From Elainellaceae cyanobacterium (GTDB lineage: Bacteria > Cyanobacteriota > Cyanobacteriia > CAZCXK01), in contig JBNPEG010000161.1 in NCBI GenBank assembly GCA_051117555.1, forward strand, positions 1-21,239: DNA of 21,239 bases, read 5' to 3'. Positions 1-9,919 of this stretch are shown here, piece by piece. The notes beneath the pieces were generated by a model. The model worked only from the letters and a program-made list of their open reading frames with translations. It had not been told where the DNA came from and did not search any database. Every line of letters starts with the position of its first letter. Positions within the stretch are counted from its first letter, which is position 1. Made by a program: the position numbers and the translations under genes.

Positions 1-49
1 TTCTAATCAGTGAAATATTCTCTAAATTCTCACTACTTAAGACTGTTAG

Positions 50-247
50 CTATTTCTTTTTACCTCGTCCAGCGGTTGCATCGACTGGTTCAATTTCTGA
101 CAAATTAAACGTAACGAGCTTGTCCCAGTTACCCCCTTCAAATAAGACGGCTGCCTTGCCATCGCTGACGCGCTGCACAAGCCCTTGGAACCCGTAGTAA
201 GTATCATCAAGATTTACAACTCGAACTGCCGAACCAGGAAAGATCAT
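50..247 (-). CDS. ndhS: NAD(P)H dehydrogenase (NDH-1) subunit S
   Basis: 65 aa; IFPGSAVRV...[31 protein letters not shown] is the recognisable cyanobacterial NdhS (SH3-like) sequence. Confidence 0.95.
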   Translation of the reverse strand: MIFPGSAVRVVNLDDTYYGFQGLVQRVSDGKAAVLFEGGNWDKLVTFNLSEIEPVDATAGRGKKK

Positions 248-403
248 ATTACTATTCCCTACTTTAACGACGGGGATTAATTAAACCCCTAGACTCAATC
301 TAGAAACCGAACTTAATTTAAGAGTAAAACATTGGCGGATCAGATGAGGCAGCATTTGACATGCCCAGCCATTACTCTTACTGATGCCTCATACAAGCAT
401 GGC

Positions 404-1660
404 TTAAAACCTCAATCGATGACGAAAGTTGGCGACAGATTCGACTAAACCAATGGCGATGAAGTTAGTTAATAAAGCCGATCGCCCATAACTGACCCAG
501 GGCAGAGGAATACCAGTCACCGGAGCCAGACCAATCGTCATACCAACGTTTACTGTCACTTGGAACACAATCATCGACAGTACTCCAATTGCCAGCAAAG
601 ATCCGAAATTATCCTTGGCATTTTGAGCAATGATGACCAGTCGCAGGCAAATCAACCAAAAAACAACCAGCACTGTAAAACAGCCGATGAAGCCTAATTC
701 TTCACCAATAGCTGAAAAAATAAAATCGGTATGCTGTTCTGGAATGAAGTTGAGCTGAGTTTGAGTCCCTTGATTTAATCCCCTACCCCAGAGCTCTCCT
801 GCACCGATTGCGATGCGAGATTGAATCAGATGATATCCACCGCCTAGCGGATCTTTATCAGGATCGAGAAATAAAATGAGGCGATCTTTTTGATAATCTT
901 TCAGCAATCCCCAAAAGATTTTCCCCAATTCTCCCGAAATCAGATTGATGACTGCCGCCCCTAATGCACCAATCCATTTCCAGGGCAAGCTGATCCAGGC
1001 GATCGCCACTATGATTGATAGCCAAATAAACCACCCTGGCAAAAATAAGCTAAACAAAATCGCAGACACTAAAGGAGATATCAGCAAAATTAGCCAGCCT
1101 GGATTTGCATTTGCCCAATAGAGCATGCCTAGAGTAATCGCCCCAAACACAAGTGAGGTGCCCAAATCAGGCTGCAGAAAGACTAACCCCCACGGCAAGG
1201 CCGTTATCGCAAGAGCTTTGAGTACGGATGGAATCCTAGACGCGGTGCTTTCATGTAGAACACCAGCCAGAGTTATAATAAGCCCTAACTTGGCAAACTC
1301 TGACGGCTGAACGTTAAACCCGAATAGGGTAATCCAGCGCTGTGCGCCCAGTGCATCAGTCCCCACAAACATCACTGCCAAGAGCGACGCGTTGGTAATG
1401 CCATAGATGATCCAGTGCCAACTGATTAGATTCTCATATCGCCAGCGGGCAACAATTAGAGCAATGCCTAGCCCGATTCCGCCCAAAATCCAATGCTGGA
1501 GCCAATAGCCTTCCAATCCTTGATTTAGCTCAGTGCTGCGGATCATTAAACCGCCTAAGGCTGTTAACCCGATTAGCAACACCAGCAAAAACCAATCGAT
1601 TTCTTCCCAGGCTTGGAGAAGAGATTTCCAGGTGATGCGACTCAGTGATCGTTGAAGCAT
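404..1660 (-). CDS. rodA: Rod shape-determining SEDS peptidoglycan polymerase RodA
   Basis: Multi-TM protein with GAQRWI, QPSEFAK, LQPDLGT, GYHLIQSRIAIGAG, PEQHTDFIF, PVTGIPLPWVSYGRS motifs; ATG at 1660 preferred over the upstream start at 1735. Confidence 0.93.
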   Translation of the reverse strand: MLQRSLSRITWKSLLQAWEEIDWFLLVLLIGLTALGGLMIRSTELNQGLEGYWLQHWILGGIGLGIALIVARWRYENLISWHWIIYGITNASLLAVMFVGTDALGAQRWITLFGFNVQPSEFAKLGLIITLAGVLHESTASRIPSVLKALAITALPWGLVFLQPDLGTSLVFGAITLGMLYWANANPGWLILLISPLVSAILFSLFLPGWFIWLSIIVAIAWISLPWKWIGALGAAVINLISGELGKIFWGLLKDYQKDRLILFLDPDKDPLGGGYHLIQSRIAIGAGELWGRGLNQGTQTQLNFIPEQHTDFIFSAIGEELGFIGCFTVLVVFWLICLRLVIIAQNAKDNFGSLLAIGVLSMIVFQVTVNVGMTIGLAPVTGIPLPWVSYGRSALLTNFIAIGLVESVANFRHRLRF

Positions 1661-1795
1661 AGAAAAAGGATAGAGAAGGAAAAACTTAGGGGAAAGCCGG
1701 GAAGAGAGGGATGAGCACTGCAACTTAACCAGCAAAGCTACTCAATATTGAATCCTTCTATCCTTTCACCTAACCCCTAGTATTAATATCTTCGC

Positions 1796-2869
1796 CTATG
1801 CTAACGCTGCAACAGAAACTTGTGCGGCAACTTTTTGGGCGATCGCCTTCAAGGATTTTGCAGATGCCGAATCAGGGCGATCAATCACAATCGGCACGCC
1901 ACTATCCCCACCTTCTCTCAGCGGAATTTCTAGTGGAATGCAGCCTAAGAGCGGCAAGTTTAATTCCTGAGAAGTCTTCTCACCCCCACCCGATCCAAAA
2001 ATATCGTATTGGCGATCGGGCAAATCCGGCGGAATGAAATAGCTCATATTCTCAACAATCCCCAACACAGGCACCTGTAACTGCTGGAACATTCGCAGCC
2101 CGCGACGAGAATCAAGCAACGAAACATTCTGAGGCGTCGTCACAATCACAGCACCGGCCATCGGCACGGCCTGCGCCATAGTTAGTTGAGCATCCCCTGT
2201 TCCTGGAGGCATATCAACAATCAGATAATCGAGTTCGCCCCAGTTCACCTGATAGAGAAACTGACGGATGATGCCATTCAACATCGGACCTCGCCAAACG
2301 ACGGGTTGATCTGGATCGATGAGAAACCCCATTGAAACCAGCTTCACGCCGTAATTGAAGGCGGGCTCTAAAATTTGTCCCTGCGAACCTTCTTGTACGG
2401 TCACGTTAGCGTTTGCCAAACCCAGCATGGTTGGCACATTCGGACCATAAATATCTGCGTCAATCATGCCCACCGATGCGCCTGCTTCAGCTAGGGATAC
2501 GGCAATATTGACGGCAACGGTGCTTTTTCCGACGCCACCCTTACCACTCGAAATCGCCACTATATTTTTGACACCCTCAATTCCCTGGCGATCGGGTAGC
2601 GACTTTTGTTGAGGCGTTTCGGCAGTCACCTCAATATCAACAGTTTCAACGCCAGGCAACGTTCGGACTGCCTTTTCGCAATCTTCAACAATAAATTCTC
2701 GCAGTGGACACGCAGGCGTCGTTAAAACGAGCGTAAAGCTCACTTTACCCTCATCGATGCCAACATTTCGAATCATGTTCAGATCGACAAGGCTTTTTTG
2801 AAGTTCTGGATCTTGGACAGGACGCAGTATGTCTAAAACGGAACGAATATCAAGAGTATTAGCCGTCAT
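1796..2869 (-). CDS. mrp: Mrp/ApbC/NBP35 family Fe-S cluster carrier ATPase
   Basis: N-terminal DUF59-like segment (VQDPEL, LTTPACP), SGKGGVGKST Walker A, DADIYGP, WRGPM, DMPPGTGD, GIVENMSYF. Confidence 0.93.
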   Translation of the reverse strand: MTANTLDIRSVLDILRPVQDPELQKSLVDLNMIRNVGIDEGKVSFTLVLTTPACPLREFIVEDCEKAVRTLPGVETVDIEVTAETPQQKSLPDRQGIEGVKNIVAISSGKGGVGKSTVAVNIAVSLAEAGASVGMIDADIYGPNVPTMLGLANANVTVQEGSQGQILEPAFNYGVKLVSMGFLIDPDQPVVWRGPMLNGIIRQFLYQVNWGELDYLIVDMPPGTGDAQLTMAQAVPMAGAVIVTTPQNVSLLDSRRGLRMFQQLQVPVLGIVENMSYFIPPDLPDRQYDIFGSGGGEKTSQELNLPLLGCIPLEIPLREGGDSGVPIVIDRPDSASAKSLKAIAQKVAAQVSVAALA

Positions 2870-3006
2870 AAAAAAATTTCCTTGCCACCAATGTCAAGGT
2901 TCCTGTCCTCATCTTATCGTTAGCTCATGTAAGTTCAGGGTTTGTAATATCTATATACGTTTCAACACACGATACGGCGCGAGGCAACGTGCGATCGCCC
3001 CTAATC

Positions 3007-3603
3007 TCATATCAACCCCTGCCCTACCGTAAAAACCACAATAATCGTACCCAGCAGATCTTGAAAGTTGCTTTTGACAAACTTTGGACGCTCGCCGCAT
3101 TCAGGTTGATTTTGCTGGGCAGCATGTTCAGCAGCATGGGCAAGCTTGGCAGGCACCTTAGCGGCATACCCTCGAATCACAGACCAAATCAAAGGCGAGA
3201 GCCATCCACGAAGGGTCACTGAATACGATACCCGTGCGCCGCATACCGCCGATTCAATGCGGTAAATCACCCGCTCTTCAACCCCAGGAATTGCCATAAT
3301 TCGAATACTGAGAAGCTCCATGGGGCGAACACGTTCAACAAAAATACGAATGGGAATTGGCCCCAATCGCGTCATGGCCTGATAAATCAATCCTGGCTTA
3401 GGAATTAAACCGTTTGGCACATTGGTACTGGAAATCAGCGGATGCCAAGAGACATCTGCCAAATTTACAATTTTGCGCCACAACTCATCAACTGATGCTG
3501 AACTGACGGCTTGATACGTTCCTGCCAGTGGGCGAAACCAGCCTATTGGTTGCCAGCCTATTCGTTTATTGAGGTGACTAAATTTAAACCAGCAGCCCAG
3601 CAT
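3007..3603 (-). CDS. SRPBCC/START-like family protein
   Basis: 198-aa ORF; SASVDELWRKIVNLADVSWHP and a C-terminal long helix fit the SRPBCC pattern; GGAAGGAGG SD-like sequence upstream. Confidence 0.7.
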   Translation of the reverse strand: MLGCWFKFSHLNKRIGWQPIGWFRPLAGTYQAVSSASVDELWRKIVNLADVSWHPLISSTNVPNGLIPKPGLIYQAMTRLGPIPIRIFVERVRPMELLSIRIMAIPGVEERVIYRIESAVCGARVSYSVTLRGWLSPLIWSVIRGYAAKVPAKLAHAAEHAAQQNQPECGERPKFVKSNFQDLLGTIIVVFTVGQGLI

Positions 3604-3842
3604 AGTGACCCTCCTTCCCTTCCGTAGCCAGTATCGAAAACGGGGAATTGATGCGATTAACCGTTTATCTTATCTAGGCTACATCGTTCAGACCTATCAG
3701 TTTAATTCAATTTCATACGAGCCCCCTTAACTCAAAGCCAGAGAGCAGACTGGGATTTCATTAAGTTCGTTGACCTGTTTGACTCAGCCGAATCAGATTC
3801 AAGATAGGCTAGATGCTGGCTGAAACGTAAGTAAACGAGGCT

Positions 3843-4871
3843 ATGGCTAATTCTTCTACTTCTGAGACAACAGCATCTAATACACTCCCTCCCGCAGATT
3901 CGCGACAGCGGGTGAGCGAGTTCTTAAAAAATCTTCAAGATAAAATTTGTCAAAAGCTAGAAGACATCGATGGACATACCCCCTTCCAAGAAGATTCTTG
4001 GGAGCGTGAAGAAGGAGGAGGAGGTCGCTCCCGCGTGATGAAAGGCGGAGATCTTCTCGAACAAGGGGGGGTTAATTTTTCTGAGATTTGGGGTAAGAAT
4101 TTACCGCCTTCTATTTTGGTTCAGCGTCCTGAAGCGGCAGGGCACACCTTCTATGCAACCGGCACGTCAATGGTGTTGCATCCGCGTAATCCTTACGTTC
4201 CAACGGTTCATTTAAATTATCGCTATTTTGAGGCAGGTCCTGTTTGGTGGTTTGGAGGCGGCATTGATCTCACGCCTTACTACCCATTTGCGGAAGACGC
4301 AGCCCATTTCCACAAAACCCTGAAACAAGTCTGTGATGCTCACCATCCTGAGTATTATCCAACCTTTAAGCATTGGTGCGATGAGTATTTCTACATCAAA
4401 CACCGTCAAGAAATGCGAGGGGTCGGTGGACTATTTTTTGATTATCAGGATGGCACACGAGGTCGCCTCTATCGCGGACCGGATGAGAATGGACCTGCCG
4501 CACACCACAGCAATTCTGTCGGTGATATTGAGCCTCGGTCTTGGGAGCAGCTCTTTGCTTTTGTACAGGACTGCGGACACGCCTTTTTACCCTCCTATAT
4601 CCCCATTGTTGAAACACATAAAGATAAGGACTATGGCGATCGCCAACGCCAATTCCAGCTTTACCGTCGGGGGCGCTATGTTGAATTTAATCTCGTGTAT
4701 GACCGGGGAACCATATTCGGTTTGCAGACTAACGGACGCACCGAGTCTATTCTCATGTCCTTACCGCCCCTAGTCCGTTGGGAATATGGCTACCAGCCTG
4801 AACCCAATACTCCCGAATCAGAACTCTATGAAGTTTTCTTGAAACCTCAAGATTGGGCACACTGGACATAG
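3843..4871 (+). CDS. hemF: Oxygen-dependent coproporphyrinogen III oxidase
   Basis: [76 protein letters not shown]. Confidence 0.97.
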   Translation: MANSSTSETTASNTLPPADSRQRVSEFLKNLQDKICQKLEDIDGHTPFQEDSWEREEGGGGRSRVMKGGDLLEQGGVNFSEIWGKNLPPSILVQRPEAAGHTFYATGTSMVLHPRNPYVPTVHLNYRYFEAGPVWWFGGGIDLTPYYPFAEDAAHFHKTLKQVCDAHHPEYYPTFKHWCDEYFYIKHRQEMRGVGGLFFDYQDGTRGRLYRGPDENGPAAHHSNSVGDIEPRSWEQLFAFVQDCGHAFLPSYIPIVETHKDKDYGDRQRQFQLYRRGRYVEFNLVYDRGTIFGLQTNGRTESILMSLPPLVRWEYGYQPEPNTPESELYEVFLKPQDWAHWT

Positions 4872-5247
4872 AACCCCCATAAAATCTGGCGAGGTCTGTC
4901 GTCGATAATCACGAGTTCATGAGCAGAAATGTTCGTGTGAGCGGGCTAGCCAAGCTTTGGCAAGCTCAGTTGAGATGAGTTAAGCTACAGCGTAAGTCTG
5001 TAAGATAAACCGTTCGCCTTGATTGGAACCCTCCCATGCAAGGTGGGCTATTCGCCACTGCGACCAGCACATATGACCAGCAATATATTTAATGCATGCG
5101 ATTAGGCAGAGTTTATTCTTTACACCCCATTAGCGGCTCTCAGTGTGGGGTCGGGGTTGTGTAAGCTCGAATAATGGTTCGAGAAATGCTCTAAAAATTA
5201 GCGTGTGTAAGCCGCTTTTTCCGGTAAGGGGAGGTTTAAAAGTTTAC

Positions 5248-5607
5248 ATGGATCAGAAGACATTTACGACTCCTGATGGCAGAACTGTCATTGTCTTGAC
5301 TCCGACAGGGCGTTTAGACATTACAACAGCATGGCAATTTCGCCTGAAGCTGCAAGAATGTATTTCTAACGTGAGCCCTCACATTGTAGTAAACCTGGGT
5401 CAGGTAAACTTTATTGATAGTTCTGGGCTAACGTCACTCGTTGCGGGAATGAGAGATGCGGACAAGGTGAAAGGCAGTTTCCGTATCTGTGATGTTCATC
5501 CAGAAGCAAAGCTCGTCTTTGAAGTCACCATGATGGATTCTGTATTTGAGATTTTTGATACTGAAGAAGAAGCCTTAAGTACTCTGCCTCGCAGCATTGC
5601 TGGATAA
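5248..5607 (+). CDS. STAS-domain anti-sigma factor antagonist
   Basis: GRLDITTA and VNFIDSSGL (phosphorylatable Ser motif); GGAGG at about 5230; ATG 5248 preferred over the GTG at 5143. Confidence 0.9.
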   Translation: MDQKTFTTPDGRTVIVLTPTGRLDITTAWQFRLKLQECISNVSPHIVVNLGQVNFIDSSGLTSLVAGMRDADKVKGSFRICDVHPEAKLVFEVTMMDSVFEIFDTEEEALSTLPRSIAG

Positions 5608-5681
5608 GCATTCGTAATCTCTATCTTGGCAAACTGCTCTCTAAGCGAGACAATGAGATCACGTGATCTTCAAAATCTCTT

Positions 5682-6407
5682 GTGAATACTATCCGCACTG
5701 TTTCAGACACCAAGCGAGCCTTCTATACCATTCACACTCGACCTATCAATTCTATTTACCGTCGAGTGGTCGAAGAATTGATGGTAGAAATGCACCTGCT
5801 GTCCGTCAATGTGGACTTTCGCTATGACCCCATCTACGCTCTTGGGGTCACCACAACATTCGATCGGTTCATGAAAGGGTATCGCCCTGAACATGACCGA
5901 GACTCGATCTTTAACGCACTGTGTCGTGCGATCGAGCATGACCCGCAGCAGTATCGGCATGATGTAGACCATGTCAGAGCTGAAGCAAGCAACTTGACGG
6001 TGGATGAGTTTCTATCCAGCGTAGAGAATCTTGGAGATTCAGAACCGCAAGGAGTATTTGCGATTCTCAAGGGCATCCAGGAGAACTCCAGTTTCAAATA
6101 CAGCCGTCTGTTTGCGATTGGCTTATACACCCTGCTAGAAATCATTGACGCTGATCTGGTTAACAACGAGACACGTCGAGACGAGGTTTTCGAGAAGGTC
6201 TGCTCAGCCATCCAGATTTCTGCCGAAAAGGTTCAGAAGGATTTAGAACTATATCGCAGCAATCTGGAAAAAATTTCTCAGGCTCAGGCGGTTCTTGAGG
6301 ATGTTCTCAAGGCCGATCGGAAAAAGCGTGACCAGCAGGCTCAAGAGAGTCAAAAAGAGACAGAAGCGGTCGCTACGCCACCCGATGATTCGTCTGACGC
6401 ATCTTGA
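5682..6407 (+). CDS. psb29: Psb29/Thylakoid formation 1 protein
   Basis: RTVSDTKRAFY, RPINSIYRRVVEELMVEMHLL, FKYSRLFAIGL, KDLELYRSNLEK; GTG start. Confidence 0.95.
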   Translation: MNTIRTVSDTKRAFYTIHTRPINSIYRRVVEELMVEMHLLSVNVDFRYDPIYALGVTTTFDRFMKGYRPEHDRDSIFNALCRAIEHDPQQYRHDVDHVRAEASNLTVDEFLSSVENLGDSEPQGVFAILKGIQENSSFKYSRLFAIGLYTLLEIIDADLVNNETRRDEVFEKVCSAIQISAEKVQKDLELYRSNLEKISQAQAVLEDVLKADRKKRDQQAQESQKETEAVATPPDDSSDAS

Positions 6408-6439
6408 CGCACCGTTGGACGGGGTTGCCGATCGCCCTC

Positions 6440-7393
6440 TCATTGATTTCGCTCATCTAAAAACTTGAGTTGATGATATAGCATCTCAATGCGAAGAGCT
6501 GCCACCCCCGCTTGACGGGCTAGCTGCAATGGGTGACCTACGATTGCCTCTATTTCTAAGGGGCGATGTTCGTCGTAGTCGATCTTCATACTGGTGCGAT
6601 AGGGCGTCATAGCATCGGTGTGATCGATCATCTTCTGCACAAATTCATCTGAGATAGGGCGACCATACGCGTTGGCGATATCGGCTACTTCGCCCATCAG
6701 CTGCTGCGCTAATTTACGAGAACTTGGATTTGCCATCATCTCTTGCGTCGTGGCGTCGAGCACAACGGATAGACCGTTAAACGGAATATTCCACACGAGC
6801 TTTTTCCAACGGGTCAGCAGTAGATCGGGCGATAGGTCAATGGGAATATCGGCACGGTTGAAGTCTTGGGCGATGGCGCTCATGCGATCGCTGATGCCAC
6901 GCGATTCATAGTTGGGCGCATATTCTCCTAGGGCGATCGCCTTGTAGTCCAGATGTCGAATATGTCCTGGACCCACTTTATTAGAACAGATGAAGCAGAC
7001 TCCTCCGATGACTCGATGCGCCCCGACGATATCCGCGACGCGATCTTCAATTCCTAACCCGTTCTGCAAGACCAGCACGACGCCATTCTCATCAAGAACG
7101 GGCCCCAATAAATCAGGAAGCAAATTATTTTGAGTGGTTTTGAGCGCCACGATGACCACGTCACACGGGGGCATATCGCTGACATGACGATACGCGTGAA
7201 CATGGGGTAACACGAAATTGCCATCTGGAGAGTCAACTGCTAGCCCATGCTGGCACACATGCTCATAGTCACCCCTCAACAGGAAATGGACCTCTGCTCC
7301 TGCCTGCTGCAATCGCGCTCCATAAAAGCCTCCAAGAGCGCCTGTTCCCAGAATGGCGTAGCGACGAGAATTTAACCGGGATGTATCAGCCAT
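6440..7393 (-). CDS. panE: Ketopantoate reductase family (PanE/ApbA) protein
   Basis: GTGALGGFYG Rossmann motif, LQNGLG, RWKKLVWNIPFN, TSMKIDY, PLEIEAIVG; exact substrate not provable from sequence. Confidence 0.85.
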   Translation of the reverse strand: MADTSRLNSRRYAILGTGALGGFYGARLQQAGAEVHFLLRGDYEHVCQHGLAVDSPDGNFVLPHVHAYRHVSDMPPCDVVIVALKTTQNNLLPDLLGPVLDENGVVLVLQNGLGIEDRVADIVGAHRVIGGVCFICSNKVGPGHIRHLDYKAIALGEYAPNYESRGISDRMSAIAQDFNRADIPIDLSPDLLLTRWKKLVWNIPFNGLSVVLDATTQEMMANPSSRKLAQQLMGEVADIANAYGRPISDEFVQKMIDHTDAMTPYRTSMKIDYDEHRPLEIEAIVGHPLQLARQAGVAALRIEMLYHQLKFLDERNQ

Positions 7394-7554
7394 GACCGCT
7401 ATTTCAATTCACTGCCAAATTTGAATTAAATTGTATAGCCTGACGCTCTCAGGTTAGGACATCGAACGTGTGCAGAGCTCCAGCGCGGAGTTCTACACAA
7501 AAATCCACGCCCGTACGCTATATCGATGCGTCCTGTTTGATTTGAGCCCTAAGC

Positions 7555-7563
7555 TGATAAGCT
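7555..7563 (+). promoter_or_regulatory. Extended -10 element upstream of the cobalamin riboswitch
   Basis: TGATAAGCT (TGnTAnnnT) ends about 7 nt before the riboswitch P1 strand. Confidence 0.5.
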
Positions 7564-7569
7564 AGAACG

Positions 7570-7764
7570 GATCGGCTCCAGTGGGGAACAGCCACTGGAC
7601 GTGAGGGGGAAAGTTCGGTGTAAGTCCGACGCTGTCCCGCAACTGTGATCAAGGTCAAGGATCTACAGCGATATGGCGGTTTTCCGTTTTTATTCCTTGC
7701 TTGTCAGTCAGAATGCCCGCCGACACTGCTGAAACTTTATTCTTCATCTGCGAGGTACGGATGA
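7570..7764 (+). ncRNA. Cobalamin (B12) riboswitch with RBS-sequestering hairpin
   Basis: TCGGC...GCCGA P1; TCCAGTGG/CCACTGGA stem; GGGAAagttcGGTGtAAgtCCGacGCTGtCCCGCAACTGT; B12 box AGTCAGAAtgCCCGCC; hairpin TCATCTG-CGAGGTA-CGGATGA (7744-7764) whose loop can kiss CCCGC; upstream of cobW. Confidence 0.95.
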
Positions 7765-8157
7765 TGGTCACATTCCATCAAACTTTTTTCACATTAATTT
7801 AGGTTGTGCTGTGGACATTTGCTTTGCAGCAAAGCAAGCCTCCGCTCAGCCCTTTCGAGTATCTGAATGCCCCCATCTGAGACGATGGACGTTCGCTAAA
7901 CAAGCCATCGATTCAGATAGGCAAGACGTCTGCCCCGCACTCGTTGGCTCCGACCATTGAATTCTGGATGGACGAGGTCGACTTGGGTCAGTTGTTCAAC
8001 CGCTCGTGGCGATCGCCCAATGTCAGCATTCCTCGGATCAGCTCAACAGAAATGAGTGTGAGCTACTGAGTTGATTTGGGTCAACGAGGTTTATCACACC
8101 ACTGCTATCCCCAATCCCGTTGAAAATATCGAATCAATTCTCAACTCAAGAGCACCT

Positions 8158-9261
8158 ATGCATAAAATTCCCGTGACCGTGATTACCGGATTTCTTGGCG
8201 CAGGCAAAACGACCCTCGTGCGTCACCTATTGCAAAATGCTGAAGGGCGACGTATCGCCGTTTTAGTCAATGAATTTGGCGAAGTTGGCATCGATGGCGA
8301 CCTGCTTCGATCATGCCAAGTATGTGACGATGACCCCAGTACTACCGATTCGATCCCGTCGTCCAACTCGACGATTCAACCCAGGATTGTAGAACTAACC
8401 AATGGATGTTTGTGCTGCACGGTTCAGGAAGAATTTTTGCCCACGATGCAAATCCTATTGGAGCGACGCGATCAGCTTGACTGTATTGTGATTGAAACCT
8501 CCGGTTTAGCTCTGCCTAAGCCGCTGGTGCAAGCCTTTCGCTGGCCTGAAATTCGTAATGGTGCAACCGTGGATGGAGTCATTACCGTGGTTGATTGCGA
8601 GGCGATCGCCCACGGCACATTTGTGAGCGATGTCGAATCTCTCGATGCTCAACGGCAGGCTGACCCAAACCTAGACCACGATACCCCCATCGAAGAACTG
8701 TTTGAAGACCAGCTTGCCTGCGCTGACTTAGTGCTATTGACCAAAACTGACTTAGTAGAGGGTGAAACTCAGGCAGCCGTTCGGCAACAGCTTCATGACC
8801 AGCTTCCAAGCAGCGTCAAAGTGGTCGCATGCGATCGCGGAACAATCAGCCCAGATGTACTGCTGGGGTTCAATGCTGCGGTTGAAGACCAAATTGATCA
8901 GCGCCCCAGTCACCACGACCATGACGATGACCACGACCATGATGACTCCATCACCGCCGTGCAAATTCTGCTTGACCAGGCCTTTGATCCGGGTCGGCTT
9001 GTTCAATGCCTGCAATCCTTAGTCCAAGACTGTGACATCTATCGTATTAAAGGATTCGTTGCCGTTCCCAATAAACCTATGAGACTGGTGCTCCACGGCG
9101 TTGGGAAACGGTTCGATCATTTCTACGATCGCCCCTGGCAGGCGTCCGAGACTCGCCAGACAAAACTTGTATTCATTGGGCATAATTTAGATCAGGCTCT
9201 GATTGAAGCCGCTATTAGTGCTGCTCGTGCAGAAACAATTGAGGCGATCGCATCATCATAA
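8158..9261 (+). CDS. cobW: CobW (COG0523 G3E metallochaperone GTPase)
   Basis: KIPVTVITGFLGAGKTT, VNEFGEVGIDG, ELTNGCLCCTV, IETSGLALP, His/Asp tract HHDHDDDHDHDD, IYRIKGF; downstream of a B12 riboswitch; ATG 8158 preferred over TTG 8071. Confidence 0.93.
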   Translation: MHKIPVTVITGFLGAGKTTLVRHLLQNAEGRRIAVLVNEFGEVGIDGDLLRSCQVCDDDPSTTDSIPSSNSTIQPRIVELTNGCLCCTVQEEFLPTMQILLERRDQLDCIVIETSGLALPKPLVQAFRWPEIRNGATVDGVITVVDCEAIAHGTFVSDVESLDAQRQADPNLDHDTPIEELFEDQLACADLVLLTKTDLVEGETQAAVRQQLHDQLPSSVKVVACDRGTISPDVLLGFNAAVEDQIDQRPSHHDHDDDHDHDDSITAVQILLDQAFDPGRLVQCLQSLVQDCDIYRIKGFVAVPNKPMRLVLHGVGKRFDHFYDRPWQASETRQTKLVFIGHNLDQALIEAAISAARAETIEAIASS

Positions 9262-9320
9262 ATTCGCTTGATGTCTAACTGTTTCGAGCTAGCCCGTTGT
9301 AGTTCACACATTGTTACGTT

Positions 9321-9725
9321 ATGACTCAGACTCCCGTAATCTCCACGATTGATGTCAATGCATTAACAACCCTTGACAACGAGCTTTCAAATCGCCATAT
9401 CGACCTTGACCCAGCCGGATATTTCATCATCTATCTCGATCGCGATGCGGGGCTAATTTGTGCAGAACACTATACCAATGCCATCAATGACGACGGATTA
9501 GCGGTCGATCCTGAAACTGGGAAGCCCCTGGCATGTAAAGGAAGCCTCAAACGAATGCCCACCGTCGTTTTTAAGGGGCGTACTGCTAAAGAAATCGGCA
9601 TGCTGATTACCGAAAAGGCAGTTCCTCGACCCTTGAGTCGGTTAGATCATGCCCTGTATTTAGGGCGAGAATTTGTCAGGGCTGAACTGGCATTGATTAC
9701 TGGGAAAGAGTACATCCAAGACTGA
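9321..9725 (+). CDS. DUF4346-domain protein
   Basis: LDPAGYFII, GRTAKE, RLDHALYLGREFVRAELAL..GKEYIQD match my recollection of the cyanobacterial DUF4346 family. Confidence 0.8.
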   Translation: MTQTPVISTIDVNALTTLDNELSNRHIDLDPAGYFIIYLDRDAGLICAEHYTNAINDDGLAVDPETGKPLACKGSLKRMPTVVFKGRTAKEIGMLITEKAVPRPLSRLDHALYLGREFVRAELALITGKEYIQD

Positions 9726-9919
9726 CGTTCATTTGGCTCTAAGAGCCTAATGCCGCTGTGCCTGGCACCTACCATGCTGGCGGTGTAGAGTTCTGTAAAG
9801 TGTTGTCGGCTATGCCTGATGAAATATGGCATTCTACGAAATTAGTCAGTAGGATGGCAGGGATGCGTGCATGTTAGGGTGGAATGCGGCGGTATGGCTC
9901 AGGTTCTGAGGAGTGAGGC

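Noticed and set aside
4872..5247. Long hemF-STAS spacer as a possible ncRNA or N-terminal extension
   Set aside because: No recognisable RNA family motif or terminator; the GTG-started extension does not resemble STAS sequence.
8911..8946. Imperfect CACGACCATGAYGAY repeat
   Set aside because: Explained by the normal His/Asp metal-binding tract of CobW.
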